Shown here: piece by piece, positions 18,738 through 28,704 of the stretch
Position numbering within the stretch: the first letter of the stretch is position 1
How the letters are laid out: every line of letters begins with the position of its first letter
Assembly: GCA_963718235.1 (NCBI GenBank)
Contig: CAVQYR010000001.1
Coordinates: 2,201,289 to 2,265,288, forward strand
Origin: an uncultured Actinomycetota bacterium
GTDB taxonomy: Bacteria; Actinomycetota; Actinomycetes; JAHEKZ01
Direction: 5' to 3'
DNA: 64,000 nucleotides
Notes under the pieces: generated by a model
The model's input: the letters and a program-made list of their open reading frames with translations, nothing else
The model's database searches: none
What the model was told of the DNA's origin: nothing
Position numbers and translations under genes: made by a program

Positions 18738-19646
18738 CTACCTCACCGTGACGGTCACCGACCGGCTCGACGACCCTGCGTAGTAGCCGACGGACTTGTC
18801 GGCGGCCAGGACGACCCGGTACGACGTCGTCGTCCGGGGCTTCACCTTGGTGCCGGCGGTTCCGGACGAGCCTGTGGTCAGTCGGGCGGCCGTGCGCCAC
18901 TTGCCGGAGCCGGACTTCGACTGCAGCACGACCTTCTCACCGGAGAGGTCGTCCCACACCCCCATACCTGCGACGTCGACCATCACCTTCAATGTCACCT
19001 TGGCGCCGGCCCGGACCGAGGTGTCACTGGCACTGGCGACGGTCCGCGTCTCGCGCAGGATGAGCACCGACCCGCTCGGCTCGCGCCAGGCGGGCGCGCT
19101 GCGGTCGACCTCGGACCCCAGCCACTTGTGGTCCTGGTCCAGGACGAAGAACTCGTAGCGGTCGTAGACCTGAGCCAGCGGGAAGGTCCAGACTCCCGCG
19201 TCGTCGGCCTGCGCGTTCAGCCCCGTCGCGACGGCGTAGACGTCGAAGTACATGCCGTCATCGACATCAGGGACGAGCGGGAGCGGCCCCGGGCTGAGCA
19301 CACCGTCGTGCACTGCGAACACGCTGGCCCCAGCAACGCCGGAGCAGGAGTCCTTCATCCGAGCCTGGAAGCGGAACGCCGCGCCGTCCTTGCCGACGAC
19401 CATCGTCGTCTTGCCCTTGCCGAACGTGACCGGACCCATGCTCGGCAGGGTCTCGTCGGTGTACCCCAGCGCGTACAGGGTGCCGCCCGGTCCCGCCTCG
19501 ACGCTGTCGCACTTGGGTGTGTACCCCGCCTCGGGCCACAGCGGTGTCACGATGGCGTGGGCCGGCGAGGTCATCACGGTGACCAGGGCAGCGGCCGCCG
19601 CGCTGACTGCGGCCGTGCGGAGACTCCTGCTACGGATCGGGCTCAT
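18738..19646 (-). CDS. Secreted beta-rich hypothetical protein with a C-terminal Ig-like/basic domain
   Basis: Signal peptide ending AHA; C-terminal KVVLQ..GKWRT..TYRVV..SSRSVTVTVR. Confidence 0.7.
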   Translation of the reverse strand: MSPIRSRSLRTAAVSAAAAALVTVMTSPAHAIVTPLWPEAGYTPKCDSVEAGPGGTLYALGYTDETLPSMGPVTFGKGKTTMVVGKDGAAFRFQARMKDSCSGVAGASVFAVHDGVLSPGPLPLVPDVDDGMYFDVYAVATGLNAQADDAGVWTFPLAQVYDRYEFFVLDQDHKWLGSEVDRSAPAWREPSGSVLILRETRTVASASDTSVRAGAKVTLKVMVDVAGMGVWDDLSGEKVVLQSKSGSGKWRTAARLTTGSSGTAGTKVKPRTTTSYRVVLAADKSVGYYAGSSSRSVTVTVR

Positions 19647-19746
19647 CGGGACCTCGCTCGCGAGTGGACACCGGATCGTCGTCATCGTCCACCCATCAGG
19701 CGCAACAGGGGACCGGGACACGCCGACGCCGGTCGCGCGCGGTTGG

Positions 19747-20676
19747 TCAGCGGGGGTAGGTGCGGACAAGCACGGAACACTGCGCGACGAGGTCCGGCGC
19801 GTCGTAGGGCAGCCAACGGATCCGGGGATCGCGCCGGAACCAGGAGTCCTGCTTGCGGGCGAACCGACGGGTGGCGCGTACGGTCAGCTCTCGTGCTTCG
19901 TCCTCGCTGAGCTCGCCGTCGAGGTGGCGGAGCACCTGCGCGTAGCCGAGGGCGCGACTGGCGGTGCGGCCGGCTCGCAGCCCTTGCTGCTCCAGCTCAC
20001 TGACTTCGGCCACCAGGCCGGCATCCCACATCCGGGTGACTCGTTCCTCGATTCGCCGGTCGAGCTGTTCGCGGGGTACGTCGAGTCCGAGCAGGACGGC
20101 GGAAGTCCCGGCCGGGTTCGCGTCGTCACCGTGAGCGGGCAGTCGGGCGGTGTAGGAGCCGCGCAGCTGCACGACCTCCAGTGCGCGCACGATGCGGCGA
20201 CCGTTCGTCGGGAGGATGTGCGCGGCAGCATCGGGGTCCAGCGCCGCCAACCGCGCATGCAGCTCCGGCGCGCCGACCAGGGTGAGCTGCTGCTCGAGCT
20301 CGGCCCGCACGGTCGGGTCCGTGCCGGGGAAGTCCCACCGGTCGACGACGGCGTGCACGTACAGCCCCGAACCTCCGACCAGCAGGGGAACCCGTCCGCA
20401 TGCGCGGACCTGCTGCACCGCGTGCACGGCCAGCTCCTGGAACTCGGCCACGGTGGCGGTACGGGTCACCGGCCAGATGTCGAGCAGGTGGTGCGGAACC
20501 CCCTGTCGCTGCTCGACCGACAGTTTCGCCGTCCCGATGTCCATGCCGCGGTACAGCTGCATCGAGTCGGCGTTGACGACCTCGCCGTCCAGCAGCGACC
20601 CGAGCGCGACCGCCAGGTCGGACTTGCCGGACGCCGTCGGTCCCACGACGGCGACGAGCGGCTGGGGATCGGTCAC
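19747..20676 (-). CDS. miaA: tRNA dimethylallyltransferase
   Basis: VVGPTASGKS, DSMQLYRGMDIGTAK, VGGSGLY, RALGY and RKQDSWF. Confidence 0.96.
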   Translation of the reverse strand: MTDPQPLVAVVGPTASGKSDLAVALGSLLDGEVVNADSMQLYRGMDIGTAKLSVEQRQGVPHHLLDIWPVTRTATVAEFQELAVHAVQQVRACGRVPLLVGGSGLYVHAVVDRWDFPGTDPTVRAELEQQLTLVGAPELHARLAALDPDAAAHILPTNGRRIVRALEVVQLRGSYTARLPAHGDDANPAGTSAVLLGLDVPREQLDRRIEERVTRMWDAGLVAEVSELEQQGLRAGRTASRALGYAQVLRHLDGELSEDEARELTVRATRRFARKQDSWFRRDPRIRWLPYDAPDLVAQCSVLVRTYPR

Positions 20677-21428
20677 TGGGTGCTCCACGACGCCACCAGG
20701 TAGCCGACGCCGTACGGCCCCTCGTCGGCCCGTAGCTCCCCGCGCAGCCCACGGGGCAACGCCGAGCGGTCCCCGGAGGAGGCGCTCGGACCGGCCGCGC
20801 CCGCGGCCACCTGCCAGGGCACGCGGCCGGAGACCATGAGGTCCCTGGCCCTCGCCGGGTCCAGCCCCAGCAGGGCTTGCGTGTCGACGGTCGCCAGTGC
20901 ATCGCGGACGAGAGCGTGCATCGCTGGTGCATCCGGGTCGAAGCCACCGGGGGCCCGCGGGGCGAGCCGGGCCGAGCTCTCGCCCAGCACGAGCATCGCG
21001 ACCCGGTCGGCCCGCACCGACCACCGCTGCCCGTCCCTGGATGCCGCATCGGCCTCCAGGTCGTCGGGAACGCTCACCGCCGCCACTGGCGCTGACCAGC
21101 CGGAGCGAGCCAGCAGCCAGGCCCCGACCGTGAGTGAAACCGGCATCGGGGTCGGCGAGACCAGGCCACTCGAGACGAGGGGACTGACCGAACCGAGGGT
21201 CACGGTCAGGTCGACACCGAACCCGGTCAGCGAGCCGCTGCTCCCCGACGGGTACTCACCCTGAGGTCCGTCGCCGACCAGCACGAGCAGGTCCGGGTCG
21301 CTGGCGCCGAGCGCGTCGATCGCCGCGAGCGCGGCCGAGCGCACGTCGTCGAGCTCTGCCGCCGCGCCACTGGCGACGTCCGGCACGAGAACCGGCGGTG
21401 CCGGGCAGAACGCGGCGGCGACGAGCAC
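20673..21428 (-). CDS. Class III extradiol dioxygenase subunit B-like protein
   Basis: AAAFCPAPPVLVP, APGGFDP and PYGVGYLVASW; typical actinobacterial neighbour of miaA. Confidence 0.75.
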   Translation of the reverse strand: MLVAAAFCPAPPVLVPDVASGAAAELDDVRSAALAAIDALGASDPDLLVLVGDGPQGEYPSGSSGSLTGFGVDLTVTLGSVSPLVSSGLVSPTPMPVSLTVGAWLLARSGWSAPVAAVSVPDDLEADAASRDGQRWSVRADRVAMLVLGESSARLAPRAPGGFDPDAPAMHALVRDALATVDTQALLGLDPARARDLMVSGRVPWQVAAGAAGPSASSGDRSALPRGLRGELRADEGPYGVGYLVASWSTQ

Positions 21429-21513
21429 CGGGCCAACGTAGTCGGGGCGGGGCGGCAGCACGATTCACACCCGCTCAGGCTTGGGTGAGGCTCGCCTCCT
21501 GACGATGACGACC

Positions 21514-22146
21514 GTGCCGGACCGTCCGGCCACTCTCGCCTGCCCGAGGGGGCTCATGGAAGCCAGTCAGCTCGACGCGCTCGTCGACGCCGCGCGCGCG
21601 GGGGGTCACTGGGCGTTCGAGCGCCTGTGGCTCGAGCTGTCGCCCCGGGTGGTCGGCTATCTCAGGGGTCGCGGGGTCACCGATGCCGACGACGTGACCA
21701 GCGAGGTGTTCCTGGCTGCCTTCCAGCGGATCGAGGGATTCGACGGTGACGGGTCGGCCTTTCGCTCGTGGCTGTTCACCATCGCCCACCACAAGGCCGT
21801 CGACGCAGCCAGGCGACGCAGCCGCGCCCCGGCCCTCCTGCCGTACCAGCCGGTCCACGACCTGCCCACCGCCACGAGCGCGGAGCACGAGGCCGTGGCC
21901 GCGCGGGAGGTCGACGAGGTCAAGGACCTGCTGGCGACCCTGTCGCCGGACCAGGCGGAAGTGATGCTGCTGCGCGTTCTGGGGGATCTCAGTGTCGCTG
22001 AGGTGGCCGAGGCAACCGGGCGCAGCCAGGGCGCGGTCAAGCAGCTGCAGCGCCGTGCGGTCGCTCAGCTGCAGCGACGCGTCGAAGAAACTCAGGGCTA
22101 CCCCGTACCCTCTGGCCCCTCCTCGACGATTGCCCCTTCGAGATGA
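21514..22146 (+). CDS. ECF sigma-70 factor
   Basis: AFERLW, DADDVTSEVF, FRSWLFTIAHH and region 4 (LSPDQ..LR..LSVAEVA..GAVKQLQRRA). The start is GTG 21514 or ATG 21556. Confidence 0.9.
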   Translation: MPDRPATLACPRGLMEASQLDALVDAARAGGHWAFERLWLELSPRVVGYLRGRGVTDADDVTSEVFLAAFQRIEGFDGDGSAFRSWLFTIAHHKAVDAARRRSRAPALLPYQPVHDLPTATSAEHEAVAAREVDEVKDLLATLSPDQAEVMLLRVLGDLSVAEVAEATGRSQGAVKQLQRRAVAQLQRRVEETQGYPVPSGPSSTIAPSR

Positions 22147-22967
22147 ACGACGAACAGATCCCCGAGGAGATCGCCCAGCGGCTGAGGCCCCTGGGTCAGG
22201 CGCCGGTGCCCGACGCCAACCCGGCGCTGGCCGCCTTCCTCGCCGAACCCGTCGTGCCTCTCACCGAGAAGGGCGACCTGTCGGCGACGGCAGCGAGCAA
22301 CGTCACTGGACCTGTCGCGGCTTCTGCCGGGCAGGCAGCCGGACTGCCGAAGTGGAGACGCGACATGAAGGAACGACTGAACGGAGTCCTGGCCTCGGCG
22401 AGCCGAGCGAGCCTGGTCGCCAAGGTCATGCTCGGGACCGGGGCGCTCGTCGTCGCCGGGATGGGCAGCGCTGCTGCCGTGAGTGCGGTCGTGGGAAGCG
22501 ATCCTGCGTCCACGCCGGTCGTCCAGACGGTGGACGAGTCCGACGACCCGACCGACCCGGCGGTTGAAGCGACCGAGCCGGCTGTGGACCCGAGCCAGGA
22601 CGCCACGGACGACTCCGCAGACCAGGCAGACGAGGACGGCGACGACCAGGCCGAGGGGCCATCCGGACACCAAGGCGGCGCGGACGACCCGGCGGACGAC
22701 CCGGCGGACGACGCTGACGACCAGGGCGAGGACGCCGACGACCGGGGCGACCAGCACGGCACCTCCGGTGACCAGGACGACGACCAGGACGGGGACCACA
22801 GCGGCTCCAGTGGTTCCGGCGGCTCCGACGACGACCAGGACGGGGACCACAGCGGCTCCAGTGGTTCCGGCGGCTCCGACGACGACCAGGACGACGACTC
22901 TGGCGACCACGGCAGCTCCGGTGGGGGCTCCGACGACGACGACCAGGACGAGCCGGACGACCACTGA
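22143..22967 (+). CDS. Putative anti-sigma / single-TM protein with an Asp/Gly/Ser-rich tail
   Basis: ATGA overlap with the sigma stop, one hydrophobic segment, and a highly acidic low-complexity C-terminus. Confidence 0.7.
   Translation: MNDEQIPEEIAQRLRPLGQAPVPDANPALAAFLAEPVVPLTEKGDLSATAASNVTGPVAASAGQAAGLPKWRRDMKERLNGVLASASRASLVAKVMLGTGALVVAGMGSAAAVSAVVGSDPASTPVVQTVDESDDPTDPAVEATEPAVDPSQDATDDSADQADEDGDDQAEGPSGHQGGADDPADDPADDADDQGEDADDRGDQHGTSGDQDDDQDGDHSGSSGSGGSDDDQDGDHSGSSGSGGSDDDQDDDSGDHGSSGGGSDDDDQDEPDDH
22776..22892 (+). repeat. Exact 51-bp intragenic tandem repeat (~2.3 copies)
   Basis: The unit encoding DDDQDGDHSGSSGSGGS starts at 22776 and 22827, with a partial copy at 22878. Confidence 0.9.
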
Positions 22968-23002
22968 GTCCGGGCGAAGGCCACCGCGTCCGACCGCGGA
23001 GG

Positions 23003-23032
23003 ACGGGGCGGGTGGGACTCCACCCGCCCCGT
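23003..23032. terminator. Hairpin between the convergent ECF operon and miaB
   Basis: ACGGGGCGGGTGG-gact-CCACCCGCCCCGT, 13-bp stem. Confidence 0.75.
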
Positions 23033-23049
23033 TGCGCTGTCCGAAGTGC

Positions 23050-24504
23050 TCAGGCAGTGCCCGTACGCAGCGAGGGCAGCGGGGGCAGGCCGAGAGACAC
23101 CGCCGTGCCATGGCTGGCCTGACGCTCCTCCCAGGCCTGGCCCGCGCGGGTCTGTCGTACCGCGACCACGTCGGCGTCGGACACCAGGTGGTGGGGGGCG
23201 CCGTAGGTGATGGTCACGGTCGCAACGTCTCCGGGCCGTGGCTTGGCAGTGTCTTCGCCCACCGCGAAGTGCACGAGTCGATGGTCCGGCGCCCGTCCAC
23301 TCATCCGATGGGTGGCGTCGTCCTTGCGCCCCTCTCCCTCGGCGACCAGCACTTCGACCGTGCGACCGACGTGGGACCGGTTCTCCTCCAGGGCGATCTC
23401 GTCGACGAGGGTGACCAGCCGCTCGTAGCGCTCCTGCACGACCGGCTTCGGCACCTGACCGAGCATGTCCGCGGCCGGGGTGCCGGGCCGCTTGGAGTAC
23501 TGGAAGGTGTACGCACCGGCGAACCGCGCTGCGCGCACGACGTCAAGGGTCGCCTCGAAATCGTCGTCGGACTCCCCGGGGAACCCCACGATGACATCGG
23601 TGGTGATGGCCGCGTGCGGGATCGCCGCCCGCACCCGGTCGATGATCCCGAGGTAGCGCTCCTGCCGGTACGAGCGACGCATGGCCTTCAGCACGGCGTC
23701 CGAACCCGACTGCAGGGGCATGTGCAGGGAGGGCATGACGTTCGGGGTCTCGGCCATCGCGGCGATGACGTCGTCGGTGAAGTCACGCGGGTGCGGGCTG
23801 GTGAAGCGCACCCGCTCCAGACCCTCGATGTCTCCACAGGCGCGCAGCAGCTTGGAGAACGCAGTGCGGTCGCCGAACTCCGCGCCGTAGGAGTTCACGT
23901 TCTGCCCCAGCAGGGTCACCTCGATGACGCCCTGGTCGACCAGCGCCCGCACCTCGGCCAGCACGTCGCCGGGCCTTCGGTCCTTCTCCACTCCGCGCAG
24001 CGCCGGCACGATGCAGAACGTGCACGTGTTGTTGCAGCCGACGCTGATCGACACCCAGGCCGCGTAGACCGACTCACGCCGGGTGGGCAGCGTCGACGGG
24101 AAGACCTCGAGGGACTCCAGGATCTCGACCTGCGCCTCCTGCTGCACCCGCGCCCGGTCGAGCAGAGCCGGTAGTGCCCCCAGGTTGTGGGTGCCGAAGA
24201 CGACATCGACCCACGGGGCCCGACGGGTGATCTCGCTGCGGTCCTTCTGGGCCAGGCACCCACCGACCGCGATCTGCATCCCCGGCCGCTCGGCCTTCAC
24301 CGGAGCGAGGTGCCCGAGGTTGCCGTACAGCCGGTTGTCGGCGTTCTCCCGGACGGCGCAGGTGTTGAACACCACGACGTCGGCGTCGCCGTCCTCGGCT
24401 GCCTGGACGTAACCGGCCGCCTCCAGCGTGCCCGCCAGGCGCTCGGAGTCATGGGCGTTCATCTGGCAGCCGTAGGTGCGGATCTCATACGTGCGAGCGG
24501 TCAC
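23050..24504 (-). CDS. miaB: tRNA-2-methylthio-N6-dimethylallyladenosine synthase
   Basis: [21 protein letters not shown], radical SAM motif GCNNTCTFC and a TRAM domain. Confidence 0.96.
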   Translation of the reverse strand: MTARTYEIRTYGCQMNAHDSERLAGTLEAAGYVQAAEDGDADVVVFNTCAVRENADNRLYGNLGHLAPVKAERPGMQIAVGGCLAQKDRSEITRRAPWVDVVFGTHNLGALPALLDRARVQQEAQVEILESLEVFPSTLPTRRESVYAAWVSISVGCNNTCTFCIVPALRGVEKDRRPGDVLAEVRALVDQGVIEVTLLGQNVNSYGAEFGDRTAFSKLLRACGDIEGLERVRFTSPHPRDFTDDVIAAMAETPNVMPSLHMPLQSGSDAVLKAMRRSYRQERYLGIIDRVRAAIPHAAITTDVIVGFPGESDDDFEATLDVVRAARFAGAYTFQYSKRPGTPAADMLGQVPKPVVQERYERLVTLVDEIALEENRSHVGRTVEVLVAEGEGRKDDATHRMSGRAPDHRLVHFAVGEDTAKPRPGDVATVTITYGAPHHLVSDADVVAVRQTRAGQAWEERQASHGTAVSLGLPPLPSLRTGTA

Positions 24505-24572
24505 GGTCGCCCAGCGTAGGTCCCCAGCGAACTCACGAGAAACCATGTGCGTCCACCGGATAGGTTGCGGGA

Positions 24573-26522
24573 ATGACCCAAACGCTCCCGTACGGATCCT
24601 GGCCGTCCCCGATCACTGCCGCAGACGTCGCACGCGGGACCCGGTCGCTGTCCTACCCCGGGGTGGTCGCTGGTCCCGAGGGCCTGGCGGTCTGGTGGGT
24701 CGAGGGCCGGCCGGAGAACGACGGCCGGTACGCGTTGGTAGGGCGTCTACTCGATGGCGGGAGCGTCGCTGACGTCCTGCCCGCCGCATGGAACCCGCGG
24801 AGTCGAATCATTGAGTACGGCGCGAGACCATGGGTCGCCATCCCCGGCGGTGGCGTCGTGTTCACGTTCTGGGACGACCAGCGGCTGTACCTGAAGCCTG
24901 CCGACGCGCAGCCTCATCCCCTGACGGTTGCGCCCGATGACGCCACCGAGCATCGCTACGGTGAACCGATCGTCTCCCCCGACGGTCAGTCAGTCTGGGC
25001 GGTACGCGAGACCCACCGCGCAGGCGAGGTGTCACGAGCCGTCGTCTCGGTGCCCCTCGACGGATCGGCGGCCGATGACGACGACTCCGTTCACGTGCTC
25101 GCCGACGGACACGACTTCTTCGCTGCGCCGGTCGCGTCACCCGACGGGCAGCGTCTGGCCTACATCGCCTGGGACCACCCCCGCATGCCTTGGGACGGCA
25201 CCACGCTGTGCGTCGTCGACCTTGCGAGAGGCCAGGCGCCGCGTGCCCTGATCGGCGGCGAGGACGAGTCGGTCCTCAACCCGCTGTGGGCCGACGACGG
25301 CTCGCTGTACTGCCTCACCGACCGGACCGGCTGGTGGCTCCCCCACCGCGTTGACGTCGGCACGGCATCGGCCACGCCCCTCGTCGAGCGGGACGAGGAG
25401 TTCGGCCAGGCGTTGTGGGAGCTGGGTCTCACCACCATGCAGCCTCTCGACGACGGCCGCCTCGTGGTGCTCCACGGGCGAGGCGAGGCGCAGATGTCAC
25501 TGCTCGACCCGGTGACCGGGGACCTCGAGCCGGTCGCCGCCGGGCTCGGCTGGCACGAGGAACTGGGCGTCCACGGCCAGCACGTGGCCGGCGTCGCGGG
25601 GAGTGCGACTACCCCGAACACCGTCGTGGTCGTCAATGCCGCCGACTCGTCGGTGTCGCCGCTGCGCGCCAGCACCGACCACGTTCCCGACGCTCGCTAC
25701 CTGTCCGAGTCGCACCCTGAGACGTTTCCCAGCGTGAACGGTCGGGTCGTTCACGCGCACGTGTACCCGCCCCACAACGGTGACTGCGTGGCTCCCACCG
25801 GCGAGCATCCGCCCTACCTGGCGTTCGTGCACGGCGGCCCGACGTCGCACGTCGCACCGGGGCTCTCGCTGATGAAGGCGTACTTCACCAGCCGTGGCAT
25901 CGGCGTCATCGACGTCAACTACGGTGGCTCGACCGGATACGGCCGCGCTTACCGCAACCTGTTGCGGGGCCAATGGGGGGTTGTCGACGTCGAGGACACG
26001 GTGGCGGCGGTGCGAGCCCTCGCTGACCGTGGTGACGCCGACAGCGCCCGGCTGGGGATTCGAGGGGGCAGCGCCGGCGGCTGGACGACATTGGCCGCAC
26101 TTGCGACCTCGACGGCCTTCGGCGCCGGCGCAGCGTACTTCCCGGTGACCGACCTGATCCCGTTCGCCGAGGACACCCACGACTTCGAGTCCCGCTACCT
26201 CGACACCCTCGTTGGACCACTCCCCGAGGCGCACGCGCTGTACGTCGAGCGGTCACCGATGTCCCACCTGGACACCCTCGACGCACCGGTCCTGCTGCTG
26301 CAGGGCGACGACGACAAGATCGTGCCGCCGTCGCAGCCGCAGGCCGTCGCCGACGCGCTGGCCGCCAAGGGGGTGCCGCACGCCTACCTTCTCTTCGCCG
26401 GCGAGCAGCACGGCTTCCGCAAGGCGGAGAACATCATCACCGCACTCGAGGCCGAGCTCTCGTTCTTCGGGCAGGTGTTCGGCTTCGACCCGCCCGGTGT
26501 CCCGCGGCTGACCCTGCAGTAG
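24573..26522 (+). CDS. S9 (prolyl oligopeptidase family) peptidase
   Basis: [20 protein letters not shown] nucleophile elbow, DKIVPP and EQHGFR. Confidence 0.92.
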   Translation: MTQTLPYGSWPSPITAADVARGTRSLSYPGVVAGPEGLAVWWVEGRPENDGRYALVGRLLDGGSVADVLPAAWNPRSRIIEYGARPWVAIPGGGVVFTFWDDQRLYLKPADAQPHPLTVAPDDATEHRYGEPIVSPDGQSVWAVRETHRAGEVSRAVVSVPLDGSAADDDDSVHVLADGHDFFAAPVASPDGQRLAYIAWDHPRMPWDGTTLCVVDLARGQAPRALIGGEDESVLNPLWADDGSLYCLTDRTGWWLPHRVDVGTASATPLVERDEEFGQALWELGLTTMQPLDDGRLVVLHGRGEAQMSLLDPVTGDLEPVAAGLGWHEELGVHGQHVAGVAGSATTPNTVVVVNAADSSVSPLRASTDHVPDARYLSESHPETFPSVNGRVVHAHVYPPHNGDCVAPTGEHPPYLAFVHGGPTSHVAPGLSLMKAYFTSRGIGVIDVNYGGSTGYGRAYRNLLRGQWGVVDVEDTVAAVRALADRGDADSARLGIRGGSAGGWTTLAALATSTAFGAGAAYFPVTDLIPFAEDTHDFESRYLDTLVGPLPEAHALYVERSPMSHLDTLDAPVLLLQGDDDKIVPPSQPQAVADALAAKGVPHAYLLFAGEQHGFRKAENIITALEAELSFFGQVFGFDPPGVPRLTLQ

Positions 26523-26579
26523 ACCCGCGAGCGACCAAGGCCTCTGCCGCACGCGGTCCGGGACGGGCAGCCTGAGGGT

Positions 26580-27386
26580 ATGAGGCTGACCAGGGCAGCG
26601 TTCGTGACCATCGCGTTGGTGGTGGCCCTGCTCGGTGTCGCAGTTCCGGCTCCAGCAGCCCGACCCCCGGAGGGGCTGATGGGAACGGTGTGGACCGTCG
26701 TCCCGACCCAGCGCCCGCGGATCGTGCTGACCTTCGACTGCGGTGCGAACGCCGACGGCCTCCCGTCGATCCTGCAGACGTTGCAGGACAAGCGGGTGAC
26801 CCGGGCCACGTTCTTCATGACCGGGAGCTGGGCTCAGGTGTACCCCGACCTCGCCCGGGCCGTCGCCGACGCCGGGTACACGATCGGCAACCACACGATG
26901 ACGCACCCGAACCTGACCCTGCTCGACGAGGCGGCCATCCGGCTCGAGCTGCGCAACGGCCGCCTGACCGTGCGCACGGTGACCGGTGTCGAGCCGAAAC
27001 CGTGGTTCCGCTTCCCCTACGGCGCCCGCGACGCCCGAACGCTCGGTCTGGTCAACTCGATCGGCTGGGTCGCCATCGGCTGGAGCATCGACACCCTGGG
27101 CTGGAAGGGGACGTCCGGTGGGCAGACCGTGGAGACCGTCGTCCAGCGGGTCGTCGACGGGCTGGTGCCGGGTGCCATCGTGCTGATGCACGTCGGCTCC
27201 AACCCCCAAGACCACACCACGCTGGACGCCGACGCGCTGCCAACGGTGATCGACCAGGTGCGCGCGCTCGGCTACCGGTTCCTGCCGCTGCCGGCACTGC
27301 TGAGGTCGTCGGCGGTCACCACGCCCGTTGCTCTGCCGACCAGCCACGTGGTCGTGAGCATGAGCACGACCGCGCCCGTCAGGTAG
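26580..27386 (+). CDS. Secreted polysaccharide deacetylase (NodB family)
   Basis: Signal peptide, LTFD, ATFF, GNHTMTH, FRFPYG, DTLGW and IVLMH. Confidence 0.88.
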   Translation: MRLTRAAFVTIALVVALLGVAVPAPAARPPEGLMGTVWTVVPTQRPRIVLTFDCGANADGLPSILQTLQDKRVTRATFFMTGSWAQVYPDLARAVADAGYTIGNHTMTHPNLTLLDEAAIRLELRNGRLTVRTVTGVEPKPWFRFPYGARDARTLGLVNSIGWVAIGWSIDTLGWKGTSGGQTVETVVQRVVDGLVPGAIVLMHVGSNPQDHTTLDADALPTVIDQVRALGYRFLPLPALLRSSAVTTPVALPTSHVVVSMSTTAPVR

Positions 27387-27991
27387 CCGGCCACCACGTC
27401 GGTGGTCCAGTGCACGGCCAGGACGAGTCGACTGGCCGCGATCCCCACGCCCAGCAGCGCGAGGCTGGCGACCACCCAGCCCCGTCGTCCCTCCCGCAGG
27501 ACCCACCAGGCCAGGACGGCCAGCGCTCCGTACCCGTAGACAGCCACCGAGGCGTGCCCGGAAGGGAAGCTCGCCGTGGTGGCCTGCCACAGCAGGCCGT
27601 TGGTGGGGGGCCGGTCGCGCGCCACCAGCTCCTTGAGCCCCCAGGTGGCCAGCCAACCGGCGACCAGGGTCAGCAGCAGCCACCAGCCGAGCAGGGCGCG
27701 GCCGCGCCTGAGCTGGTCCCAGGCGGTGACTGCGGCAACCGGGACCACGACCAGGGCGAGCCCGGCCACGGACAGGAGGCGGGCGGGAGTCACCGCCCAG
27801 AGGTGCACGCTGGTCCAGGCAACCTGCTGGTCATGACGTGCGGCGTCCAGGTCGACCAGGGGCGGCCACTGGACGAGCACGGCGACCACGAGCACCAGGA
27901 CCACCGCCCCGAGCACTGCAGCGCCCATGAGCAGCGGCTCGCGTGGGGTTCGGGCCACCCGACGCCACGGTGTCGACGTCGGCTCGGTCAT
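27272..27991 (-). CDS. PAP2-family membrane phosphatase
   Basis: KELVARDRP, SFPSGH and SRLVLAVHWTTDV, with several TM segments. Confidence 0.88.
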   Translation of the reverse strand: MTEPTSTPWRRVARTPREPLLMGAAVLGAVVLVLVVAVLVQWPPLVDLDAARHDQQVAWTSVHLWAVTPARLLSVAGLALVVVPVAAVTAWDQLRRGRALLGWWLLLTLVAGWLATWGLKELVARDRPPTNGLLWQATTASFPSGHASVAVYGYGALAVLAWWVLREGRRGWVVASLALLGVGIAASRLVLAVHWTTDVVAGYLTGAVVLMLTTTWLVGRATGVVTADDLSSAGSGRNR

Positions 27992-28124
27992 AGCGACCAG
28001 CCTAGGGCGGCGCCGCCCTCCCTCGACTCTGGCGTCGGCACGCCGTCGACACGCCGTTAGCTGGCGCGTCGAACAGGCAGAAGATGAGGTCCGAAACGGT
28101 CGAACATGCAGATCATCTGCATGA

Positions 28125-28700
28125 TCAACTTGGGGGGTGGGCGTGGGGGTTGGGGTCGGGGTGGGCGGCGAGGGCTTCGCGGACGACGGCCATCGCCAGC
28201 CCCGAGGAGTAGCCCTTGCGCGCCAGCATCGCGACGAGCCGCCGGGTCGCAACCTCGGCCGGCACCGCCCTGAGACCGTCCAGCCGTCGACGGACCAGCG
28301 CCTCGGCCGCGCGTCGCTCGTCGTCGGAGTCGACTGCGTCGACCGCCGCTCGGAGGGTCTCATCGGCCACCCCGCGCTGGCGCAGCTCATAGGCCAGGGC
28401 CCGTCGGGCCAGCCCCTTGCCCGCGTGCCGTGACTGCACCCACGCCTGCGCGAACGCCTCGTCGTCGACGTAGCCCAGCTCGCTGAACCGGTCGAGCACC
28501 TGCTCACCGACGTCGTCGGGGACACCGCGTCGGTGCATCGCCTGGACCAGCTGGGTCCTGGTCCGCGGACCGTTGGTGAGCTGGCGCAGCACGATCGCCC
28601 GGGCGATCTCGTGGGGGTCGGCGTCGGGACCGCTGGCCGCCGCCGTCCCCGGCGTGGGCCCGTCGGCCACGCCGGCCCGGGTGGCGGTTCGTCGAGCCAT
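28125..28700 (-). CDS. recX: Recombination regulator RecX
   Basis: LRQLTNGPRTR, GYVDDEAFA, ELRQRGV and LARKGYS; directly downstream of recA. Confidence 0.93.
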   Translation of the reverse strand: MARRTATRAGVADGPTPGTAAASGPDADPHEIARAIVLRQLTNGPRTRTQLVQAMHRRGVPDDVGEQVLDRFSELGYVDDEAFAQAWVQSRHAGKGLARRALAYELRQRGVADETLRAAVDAVDSDDERRAAEALVRRRLDGLRAVPAEVATRRLVAMLARKGYSSGLAMAVVREALAAHPDPNPHAHPPS

Positions 28701-28704
28701 GGGC

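Noticed and set aside
19672-21512. Shared 12-mer GACGATGACGAC upstream of the secreted protein and the ECF sigma gene as an ECF regulon motif
   Set aside because: It is low complexity (GAC repeats), has no shared -35 element, and is explained as a GAnnnT -10 variant.
22776-22950. Direct repeats as a possible CRISPR array
   Set aside because: The units are contiguous with no spacers, in-frame within a CDS, and there are no cas genes.
28069-28105. TCGAAC half-sites after recX as SOS boxes
   Set aside because: There is no matching GTTCGA half at 4-nt spacing.
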